Part shown: positions 12,301 through 24,300 of the stretch, in pieces | How positions within the stretch are numbered: position 1 is the stretch's first letter | How the letters are laid out: every line of letters starts with the position of its first letter | NCBI RefSeq assembly: GCF_028641065.1 | Contig: NC_073405.1 | Span: 20,460,001-20,524,000, forward strand | Source of the DNA: Leucoraja erinacea | Taxonomy: Eukaryota | Length of the DNA: 64,000 nt | Direction of reading: 5' to 3' | Notes under the pieces: model-generated | The model's database searches: none | Seen by the model: only the letters and a program-made list of their open reading frames with translations | Told to the model about the DNA's origin: nothing | Translations under genes and position numbers: made by a program

Positions 12301-15300
12301 ATAGAAGAGTACAGCACAGCATCAGGCCCTTCAGCCCGCAATGCCTGTACCAAACATGACGCCAAGTTAATCCTGCCTGCATCTGATCCATATCTCTGGA
12401 TACCCTGCTCTGGTGATTCAATTTTCACCCCAGGAATGGATAGGATAACTATTTAAAATACCTTTTAGCTCAAGGATTAAGTGCTAGAACTTCCTTGGAG
12501 ACCAATTTGATTGGAGACTTACCCAGTTGTGCTTGAGTACAGTCAAACATTTGAACCAAGGCATTTTCTTTCTTGTTGAAGAGTATCTTCACACGTTGCA
12601 CATCACCATACACTCCTTAACCAAAGACAAGGCAAGTTAGCACTGCCATTCATTTTTTCCATTAATTGAGATCCAACACATTCAACCAAAACGTCAAATC
12701 ATTTATTTTCTCCCAGTTATCAAAATTCAGACTTGTATTGCTATGAAAACTGTAGCACTCAGAAGAATGAAATTTAGTGTCAAACTAATTTATTAATGCC
12801 ACAGAAATTTGAGTTCATCTACAAGTTATGATTACAAAGGCATGCAAAGCACCCAAACATGCATTACTGAGCATTGTATGCAAATCAAAGAATCAAACCA
12901 TCAAAATTATAGCTCAATTGAAATTATGCATTGAAATAGCAAACTGCAATCTTCAAATATAAAGGTTTTAAACAAGAAATAATAAAACAGATAATAAAGT
13001 GCTAACAATAACATACCGAAAAGAATAAAGAGGCATTGGGGCGTAACTCTCTTTAGAAGGACAGCAGAGCAAGGCAGCGGAAGACAGGAAGAGGAAAGGA
13101 ATCGAAGGAGAACGAAGATGGAACGAATCATCCACAACGAAGGGTGGTTCCCACAGAATGGTGAATTGGTTCATGGTTCAAGATGGTTAATTGAGGGGCA
13201 GGTTGGTCCGAAGAGTATTGTTGAAGCACAGGAAGCATGGGGACCGTGCAGTCAGTTCACAAAGGAATCCGTAACAGGGGTGGGGAGGGAGAAAGGGAGG
13301 GAGAATGGGATGGGGAAGGGAAGGAAAGAAAAAAAGTAGCATAAAACAGGTCAGTACACATGAGAAATTTAGTGTTCCATCTGGTTGATCAATGAATTAT
13401 TTTTCATTATTTTATAAAATTAAAAGCTGTATCACTTCACCTAAGAAAAACGCATGCTAAAGGAAAAAAAACTAAATAAGATTAAATAGACTATTTTATT
13501 CCTCAAATGCAGTAGTTGTAAAATGATAACATTTACAGCTATAGGGTATTGAACCTCTACCATATTTATAACTGAGCAGCAGAATTTCTAGGTCATGGTA
13601 CTGCTGTCTTACCAACAAAACACTGCATTCAGTTGAAAGGCAGTTTTGTATTGTACGGTATCAATTTTACAGATGTTATGATCCATTATTCTTACATGAC
13701 CCAACATACACCATTTCTGGGGTCAAATTTAAACAAGACCCATTAAAATAGTTCATCCGATCTATTAATGCCCCCTACTTTTTAATACCCCTAAAATTAG
13801 GAGCATTCCCATTATGCTTCCCCAAGCATAGTAAACATTTGCAGAACTTTGAAATTACTTTAAAGACTCTTTGCATGTTGCCAAGTGACTCGAGTACAAA
13901 AACCCACAGGTACTTTCAAGTGTATTCAAATTAGTCGGTCCTCTTTAAACATAGGTTAGAGGTAAATTTATTGGGAGAGCTGTAATTCAATGTAAATATC
14001 ATGGACAGTCTGTTGATCCCGCACTAAAGTGAAAAGATAGCCACTGACTGGATTTGTTTTCAAAGAGCCTGTATTGGCCTCAGTGGGTCAAATGGCTGGT
14101 TCCTCAGTGGTACAGATTCTGATTACATACTTGTAGAAGCTGCCAGCATCAACAGAACCAAACAACATAGAATTTTTTGAACCGTCCCAATAATTTAGGA
14201 TTAACCATTTACTATTATCCATAAACTCCAAGAAAAAGCAAGCGAAGTTGCTCTGATGTATTAAATGAACTCAAATTACCAAGCCATTCCCAGGCTGAAG
14301 AACAAGCCCCAAAGCTCAGCACCAAAACTAATTTGTTGCATTTTAGAAAAAGGCAATTTATACCCACTTAGTCTCAAATGAACGAGGTGAGGCTTAATGC
14401 AAAAAGTGTAGGCTGGCTAAAGGACAGCTCAGGGCAATCCAACAGCCTCGAACATCTGCTGTCAGAAACCGAGTCCAGAAAACAAAGACTTTGCAAAATA
14501 GAAATGAAAACTTCAAGCTGGTTAGTGGATGGGATAGACATGCAAGATTAAGGACAAAGGAACAGGAGAGCATTCGAGACTGAACAATATTTACCCAAAA
14601 GTAATTATCGGTTGGGGGCAGTGGAAGATAAATTTAATCCCAAACAGTGCACGGTTTTGGGGAGGACTAACTAGGCTCGGATATTTCTAATGAATGGCAG
14701 CATCACAGTAACTATTGATGTACGTGATCAAGTAACCCTAAAGCAACAGCACAGGAAGACAAAGAGAAGCAAGCATATTGGACACCCAATTTAGTTAGCA
14801 GCAATGCAGAATACAAGAGAGGGGGAATTGTATACCAATACTGAACATGGTTAGACCGAGTTGGTGTACCATATGCAGTTCTGGTTGCTGCACTATAGGA
14901 TGGACAAAATTGCATTGGAGACAATGCAGAAAATTCACTAAGATAACAAAAAGAAAATCATCATTATTGGTCAACAGTGATGGCACTTGTTAAGAACAAA
15001 ATCCATACAGACCAAATCTTCATGATGAATGCCAGCAGTTCTGATTGAAACTTGGATCGAACAAGGATAGAAGTCAGAAACCTCTGCTAACTCTGATATT
15101 AGTCTACACATGCCACCCATTCAGAGCACCAAATGTCCATTGAATTTAGATAGGAATCAGCTCCTGGAATCAGTACGTAGCAATACAGATTCCCCCCATC
15201 ATTTAAATTAATGCCGCAGTTTTCTAAGAATTAAAAAGTAAAATTTAACACCATTGATTTTTAAAACTACTATTTTTGAATGTCAGCTATTCAATCTTAG

Positions 15301-18300
15301 ATAGCTATCAAGTCTGGGCAAGGGGCTTAACTCTGATGATGGGCTTAGCAATAAACAGCTTGCTGTTCAATGAAAGGTCCGAGACACTTTCTATCCGAAA
15401 ATTTAGCAAATGGAAAACAATTGCAGACAGAAGGGCACTCCATAGTCTGTTTTATTTTACTAGCATATAATGTAAATGCTCATGTATAGTACGATCTCAG
15501 CACAACATCAGTACCAGATCAGAGGAAGTCCTTATTCACTAAATGTGGGGGTGCCCAGGAAGCACTAGACAGAAACAAACAAGTTAAATTGGTGGAAAGT
15601 TACATTAAGACAAAACGTGCAGAGATTAGATTCAACTTTGTTCATTTAAAAAATACACAAAGAACTCAAACCATAGCTTTGTTTTAGTCTGTTACATTCC
15701 TATAGCTTCTTCTGAAATCAAAAACACTGAAAGTTAGATTACATCATGCAAAGTCACTCCAGAATGCCTAGCTGAGGACCAGCCATCTTACATGGGAGAT
15801 CATGACAAGACTCCAGGACCACATTACAGTAACGAGTTGGGAGATTAACCACGTTTCCCAACTGGACAAGAGGGGGCAATTGTTCCTGCAAACCAAAAAA
15901 ACAATGGAAGCTAAAGATGCCCTGTGCAAGTCTACAAATCATTGAAAAAGCTAAACAAACATTTCTACTGAAAAGCAAATTAGCAATGGGTCCGATGAGG
16001 CAATGCATTTGGACAGAGTGGAAGGAGAAAGGGACAGAGGTGGTGACTACACAAAGCACATTTCCTTACAAAAATCCATATGGAGATTAAATTGAAGGTA
16101 AAACTGAGCACGAGGGCAAATTTGGGCAAAACGATAAACAATGAGGAAGGTCTCAACAATTTAATTTAAAAGAGAGCTAAAGTTACACACATCTTTGAAA
16201 ACTTTCAATTCTTTGTCATAATCTAGAGAACAAGGTCTAGTTTCACCAAGTTAAAAAATCTAAGACAGTTTAATGTAAGCAGGCAAAAATAGTTCACATG
16301 GCACTAACCTCAGGATTCAGGTTGCTGACCAGCAGGACAGCATTGGCTGCAGAGGCGAAGCCTGGAATCCCCATGCGACTTGCTGCTGCTGCTGCAGCTG
16401 CTGACTGCATGCCAAGTGGAGCCAGGGCTCCATGGACCCCTGGGACAGAGAAACCTATTAAACGAGAAACTTGTTATTGCATAAAATGTACTTAAAATTG
16501 ATTACGCTTCAGTTACATGCACAACCGAGACCACCAAAACCCATGTAATGCAATGCCAGAAAATACACTGCACAAACTCGTTTGACCATGCAATCCTGCC
16601 TGCTGCAAAAGGAAACAGAGAAGTAAAACCTTGTCACACAAACCTTGTCATGCAAAGAGATGATTTGCCAGGTCCTAGATATGAAAATGAGGTAAAGAAG
16701 ACACCCAAAAGGACAGAAGATAACACCACTCACTGCATCCAGTTATCCCACACCTTGCTTTAAATGCCATGCCAACCTGGAACCCAAACAGCGATCCACA
16801 ATTTTCTCCTCATTCAAACTAACTTTTCTAATTAGTCCAAAATTAAGCTGTTGAAAATACCAAAGAATAAAAATGTTTCCAAGTACAGAGTACCATAGAA
16901 AAAGGAGGTAATAAGAAAGTCACAGCATATAATGATTGGAGAAAATGTAGATGTTTGCACAAGTAACTTCAAATTATTGGAATAAAGAAATCAAGGCTAT
17001 TACATTTCTTCTTTTAAAAAAAAGATGTAAAGTGAATAATATACAAAAAGGCCAGTGCAAATTTAAATATGAACATGTATTTTGTAGGCCAGATTTAGCT
17101 CCTCATATCATCCAACGTGGGTGGATTGCAAGGCCAATGGGAGTGTGGTAACACTCCACCACTGGAGCTTTACTTTTTTGGATACAAGGTTTTTAGGGGG
17201 ATGAAGGACAAAGAGGAAGAGACTTATTTGGTAACAGAAATAAAAACCACAATCGCAGCATGACAGGCCAGGACAATCAAAATCAGTTCAAGAGAAAGGA
17301 ACATGTGGTATTATTGCAATGAACCCACAAAGAACAAATAAGAGGGAGGTTTAATAGGAGGGGAATACTTCCAGCATTGAGTGACAGTAGCATGTACTCC
17401 AGGTACTCACTTGCCCAAGTGCTAGAAAAACCAGGCATGAGACAGGGGTAAAACTGAAAAAAGAGGAAAAGAGATGGGGCTCCACCCTGGTACGGTTCCA
17501 AACTTTTGATAATTGTATCTTGAAATTACACAATTTTCTTGCCTGTTTATCCTTAATTTACACTGTATTTTTATTATTGCACCTTAAAATAACATTTTAC
17601 TTGCTGGTTACCTATTAATTTGCACAGAAAATTTGTGATAATCATACCTTCAAATGACACCAACTGCTTGCTTGTTTACCCTCGTTATATTGAAAATATT
17701 TTATATTACACCTACACGTAGCATACCTGTTCCTTGCTTGTTTACTCTAATTAGAGAGAAGTATCCTTTACACAGGGATTTTTAAAATAATTATACCTTG
17801 AAATGGCACAATTTCCTTTCCGGTTTTCCCCTTAATTTATACTGCCATTTTTTTTTAATTATACCATACAATAACACATTTTACCTGGTTGAATCAGGTA
17901 AAAAAGAACATTGTGGTGTCTATGACATAAAGATTCTTGAACGCATTTCTGTTACAAATGTACATAAGTAACTCTGTGTCCCCACCCCAACCCCGGTACG
18001 GTAGGCCTAGGGGACAGGAAAACCGCTGTTCTACATGTGCAGAGCTGAGCGGTAGCCGTAGAGATGCGCATGCAAAGACGGTTGGCCAGCATCCGCGTAC
18101 ACGCTTTCGGCTACAATCTATTCTGTGGATTTCCACGCACTCAACCATCGGTGCAGTGGCGAAAGACCTTTATAGCGGAGATTTTTTTTTTTTTGCCACA
18201 TTTCAAAATCCGCAGAAAAATCTCATGCCTGCAACATTACTGTAGATATTTGATGGACAGCATAAAAATGCAGAGCGCAGCATTCATAAAGAGTACGCAT

Positions 18301-21300
18301 GAGAACTTTACTCAATTTGCAGCATGCCTAGAAAATAGGGGGGGGCAACAAGGAAAATAATCCTTCCTCTCCCCCGCTCGCCTCAAGCCTACTGTCTCCG
18401 CCTCTTCCTTTCATTGCCTATTCCTTCTCTCCATAGATGCTGCCTCGCCCGCTGAGTTCCTCCAGCATTTTTGTCTAACGTATAATAATTCTGGAAGTAG
18501 TTTCAGGGAATGCAACTGGGTAAAAGGAAGATGAGCCATTGCTGATCACAGTTAGACTGTTCTTTTCCACAAATATATAAAAGATTTTTCACCAAAAAAA
18601 AAAATCAAGAATAAAAGTAATAAAGATACTTTTTAAGTGGGGTAAAGATTATTTTTAAACCAGAACAAGCTGCTATTTAAAGGAGAAATGGAAAATGAAT
18701 CGAGTGTAAGAAAAAGTACGGAGTAAAACCAAAAAGCGTGTTAAAGAGAATAATTATGCTGGGGTAAGGAAACAAACCTGGGGCTTAATTATGGAATAAA
18801 AAGGGATTCTCGATGAATGCGTCTGAAAATATAAAGATGTGTGGTGTGCAAGAGGGCCAAGAAGTTTGTCATAGCAAATTAAATCTAAATAGAATGCGAA
18901 GAATACTGTATTTATCAAATAATTCTAGAATTAAAATATGGGAAGATCGAAATTGAAATAGCAGACATTGAAGAGCAGAGGAGATCCATAAAGAGTGGAA
19001 TTGGCCACTCCTAGTTTTGTTCCAAGCCTTCCTGGTCATTCAGATCCAAATAAAAAAGTTGGCATGCAGTAAGCTTGGAGATAAAATTCCCACACAACTC
19101 ACCGGCTTGCTGGAAGGCAATACCAGGAGGAAAACCAGTTCCACCTCCATAAGGCGAGGAGATGATACCTGGTGCACCTGGTAAGAAAGCAGGCCTGCAT
19201 AAGCACTCTGAGACACAAATTACTTTTCACAAACCAACCCTTTCTTTTAACTCCTGTTTAACATGCTTCAAGAATACTAAGGGATTCTATCAAATAATTT
19301 TAGTTGAAAGCTGCTTATTTTCCAGAGCCCGTGTGAAAAGTCAAGTATTCCTACACACAACTGCACAATTAACATGAGAGTTCCAATGAGGGGGTCTATC
19401 GAGAGTTTAAATACAAGAAAAATTAAACTCATCAGAATTCTGCAGCTTGGTCCTGTACCCAAATTACAATTTCGTTATATTTTAATGAAAAACAGCCACA
19501 CCTAAAATCCACATGCCTTTAACAACATTTTAGCATATGACTGCACTAAAATTTAATATACAATGCAAATTATAAACTAGGAAAACATGCACCTGTAAAA
19601 ATGAAATAAACTAGTAAAACATTAGTAATGATTTCATGACAGAACTTGAGACAACAACCATATATTTTAGCACCCATGAAGCTAGATTATGCCCTACAGA
19701 TGCACAATATCAGGCAGTTAAATCCCTTCTAACCTCAAGTCATCATGTGCTCACAACAGCCAACTGCAAAGTAAAACTTTGCCAATCTCAGAAAGGTAGC
19801 TCAATGTCAGATCGTGAAGAATTTCCCGCTAATTGATTAGTTACAAATGTTACCAAAAACCACTTGATGTTCAACTCTAGGGAAAGCTATTATAAATAGT
19901 TCAACAGGATCCACATTTATCAGCAAGTTCTCGAGCTTCAAACCACATACTACCATTAAGCAAGCTACTACAATGTCCTTCCTACCAAAATTATAACTGT
20001 CGCTCTACCCCACAAAATTCAAAGTAACCACAAAATTACACCTCTCGGATAGAATTTCAAGTGAAGTTGAAGATCAAATTGCTAAAATGCTAAACTATGC
20101 TTGCACTACACTCGCCACCAATAAGATTGCATCAAAATTCCCAAGAACCGATTATGGATCATAAGTGTGTAAATGTTACCAAGGAAACCGCGCACACACA
20201 CATGCGCACACACTTAAAACTCCAGTGTATTTACCTAGTAGGGAGACTTCCTTACCAAAAGCGGCCATGGTTTGGTCTAAGGTTGGCTGGCTGTCACCAG
20301 ATGGCAAGTCAGGACGCGTGTAGTCTCTGCTTTTGTCATTATTGTACTTAACATTAAGGCTAGTCAGCTTAGAGAAGTCAATGCGCAGAGTGCAGCAGGC
20401 ATTATAGATGTTCTGTCCATCCAAGGCCTAACAGAAGAGATAGATACACAAGTTATAGATATATTAATTCCTTACACATAATAATTACCTGTATAAATTT
20501 AAATCATTCAGAGCAAATTGAAGTGGACCGAGCTTTGTCTGGGTGGGTTACAACACCAAAGACAAAGTTTAAATTTTGGAGTTAGGTGACTAAAGGTAAA
20601 ACAGTACAGCTGGCTTCATCATTTAGTGCCTTTTCTTTGTGATAGGGTGAAGGGCCTCGACCTGAAACGTCACCCATTCCTTCGCTCCAGAGATGCTGCC
20701 TGTTACTCCAAATGTTACTCCAAATAACTAAGTTACTCCAAATAACTCCAGCTTCTTGTGTCTATACATGAAGCATTTCCTTTCTCCCTTCACAGGCACT
20801 GTCTAACCAAATGACTATTTCCAGCATTTTCTCACTGGGTACAGTGAATGAATATTCAGAATGATGAAAAATGCACTAATCAGGTTATGAACTTGGTCCC
20901 CTTGATCATTAGAATACACTTCTTCAACATACCAGTTTAGCATGTTGTGCACAGGAGCCATCAGCATATTGGAGCAAGGCCTGGAATTGGTTATTCTTTG
21001 TGAAAGTAATGATCTTCAACACCGTGCCAAACTTGGAAAAAATCTGCAACCAAGCAAAAGCAGAATAGTGTAAAAAAAAAAATTAATGTACAATTTACAC
21101 CGACCGATGAGTTACTAAATTACTGTACTGCATGAAAATCAAACATGTCAACGCACAATGAACCACAATGACCTTTTAAACTCACTACGCTTGGCACACA
21201 AGGCTCTTACCGATAAACTACAATGCATACAGGAAATCTTAGATCAAATTAATGCTTCTTTAAAATCTCATTACTGATACTCTAAACCATCCATATCAAC

Positions 21301-24300
21301 TATTTATGCTGAATATGAAGCCGATAAATGGAATATGACAGCAGTATCTGCTATCAAATAGGATATCAGATAATGCTTGGAAAAGTGGACACACACTTCA
21401 ACTATAAATTTATTTTCATTGTAGAAATGCCAGTTTGACAATTTCATTCAACCGTACTCAATTTAAACTTGAAGAACTCAGAACCTCAAGGTGCTTAAGA
21501 GCATTCACATCAAATACGTCGAATTTCTTACACAAGTGATAAGGAAGTAGGAGGTTTCCCCTAACATTAATGATTCCGAAAATAAATATTTTTAGATTAC
21601 GACAGCTCATTTTATACAAATAGCCCAAATTCCACAGCAGCCCCAAATAAATTGGACCACCACACCTTCACCCATAATACCAGTCACTTCTCAGCCCCAC
21701 CCCCAAGTCATTTCAATGTTCTAGCATTAACTGCCAAATTAGACTCACCTGGTGCAAAACATCAAGAGTAACTGGATAGAAGAGATTTTCCACAATGATT
21801 CGAAGAACAGGGCTCTGGCCAGCAAGATTGACTGCAGTATCTGGGACACCTGTTCCAGCAATGGCCATGTTTGCATTCTGCACTGCATTTACTGCCTGAA
21901 GAGCTGCTTGTGCTCTCTGAAAAAATAAAATAAAACAGGAAATCTTGAAATAACTGGCTAAGGGGTAGGATAGGGACACACAATCCCGTTTATATCAACA
22001 GGTCGATGGGGGAAAAGGGTCAAGAACTTAAAATTCCTGGGCGTGCATATTTCCGAAGATCTTTCTTGGTCCCAGCACACCGATGCAATTATAAAGAAAG
22101 CACATCAGCGGCTCTACATCCGGAAGAAGATTATGGAGAGTCGGTATGTACAGTAGAGAGCATGCAGACTGGTCGCATCGTGGCTTGGTTCGGCAACTTG
22201 AGCGTCCAGGAGTGGAAAAGGCTGCAAAAGGTTTAAACACTGCCCAGGCCATCACCGGTCTGATCTCCCCAACCATCGAAGGGATCTTTCTCAGTCGCTG
22301 CCTCAAAAAGGCTGCCAACATCATCAAGGACTCACACCAGCCTGGCCACACACTCACCTCTCCCCTGCCATCAGGTAGAAGGTACAGGAGCCTGAAATCT
22401 GCAACATCCAGGTTCAGGAACAGCTTCTTCCCCAAAGCCATCAGGCTATTAAACACAACATCAAACAAACTCTGAACTTTATTGCACTTTATCGGTTTAT
22501 TTATGTGTATATATGTGGTCTATGGTATATAGACACACTGAACTGTTCTGTATTTATGCCTACAATATTCTGTTGTGCTGCAGCAAACAAGAATTTCATT
22601 GTCATATCTGGGACACATGACAATAAAACTCTCTTGACTTGACTATCTCACGTTAAATCTCAATTATACAATCACGATTGTACAATACAGAAATTGATTC
22701 TGTGTGCCCCCACAGTCAATCTGTTGCCCATCTACACCCATCTGCTTGCAATAGGATTACATCCTTTCACGTCGTATCTGTTTGCACTAAATAAAGTCCT
22801 CTTAAATGTATTAATTCTACCCGATTCCACCATGTCCTCTGGCAGTGGCTTCCACGTATTTATATCTGTGTAAAAATAAACTTACTACAAAGATTGCTTT
22901 AAATCCTCATTACAACATTACACAAGATAGATGCTCAAGGTCAGAATTCATGTATTGGTCCCATTTCCTCTGAATAAGACGCTTAAAACCAGAGAAAAGG
23001 TTTAAGGTGAGCAAGATGGTTAGAGGGAAACCAAGGAAAACTTGGTTTCAACTCAAAATGTTTATACTCTGGATGCACAGAGAAGGTCATGGCGACAGGC
23101 ACTACATTTAAAAATTGTCTGGACAAACACTCAAATCATCAAGACAAAGATAGCTACAGAATGAATACAAGTAATTTATATTAGTACAAAATGGGTATTT
23201 GATGGTTAGCGCAGACTTGATGGACCAAAGGACCAGTTTATTTGTACTGTTGGCCTCAATGAAAGGTGCCAAATGACACCATACCAGTCAACAGATGTAG
23301 CCTCTCAAAGCAAGCTGGTTAGTCAAGAAACAGCATTAATGCGGTACTCACAGCCTGATTGGGAGAATTGTCAGTTTTCAATTCCTTGTGGTTAGAGTAC
23401 TGGATGTAGATAGGGTGACTCCTCAGGTATGGAGTGACAGTGCCATAGTAGCTAACCATTGTGTTGGCAGCTTCTTCAGTATTCATTTCAATGAAAGCCT
23501 ATAAACGCAAACATAAATCAACTGAAATTCAAAAAAGCAATTTCTTAAGTATGGTTTACAGAATTAAATTGGAAGCTACTCTGCAGATAAAGAAATAAGC
23601 ACCGACTAAACTGGATAAAACAAGACTGCCATGCTTTTATCCGCCATAATGGAATTCAACTCATACATACCTAAAGTAGCTTTTACTATCCTCCTTTATA
23701 TTTTTGGCTAGCTTACCTTCACACCTCATCTTTTCTCCCCGTATTGCCTTTTTAGTTATCTTCTGTTGCTCTTTAAACGTTATCCAATCCTCTGGCTTCC
23801 GACTCATCTTTGCTATGTTCTTCTTCTCCTTTATTGTTATACTGTCCCTGATTTCCCTTGTCAGCCACGGTCGCCTCTCACTCCCCATTGAATCTTTCTT
23901 GAATAAGCTGATCCTGCACCTTCTGTATTATTCCCAGAAATACCTGCTATTGTTGGCCCACTGTCATCCCTGCTAGGGTATCTTTCCAGTCAACTTTGGC
24001 CAGTTCCTCCCTCATACTGTAATACTGACACCTCCGATTTACCCTTCTCCCTCTCAAATTATCGTTTAAAACTTATCACATTACGGTCACTACCTCCAAA
24101 TGGCTTAACAGCAAGTTCCCTTATCAAATTTGATTCATTACACAACACTAAATCCAGAATTGCTTTCTCCCTGGTAGGCTCCAGTACAAGCTGTTCTAAG
24201 AATCCAACACGGAGGTACTCCACAAATTCCCTTTCTTGGGGTCCAGTACCAACCTGATTTTCCCCAGTCTACCTGCATGTTGAAATCTCCCATAACAACC

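Noticed and set aside
16298-16495. Plus-strand poly-Ala ORF
   Set aside because: Antisense shadow of PTBP1 exon 10
20700-20752. Triplicated GTTACTCCAAAT motif
   Set aside because: Local slippage within a decayed Penelope-type tail; no sign of function
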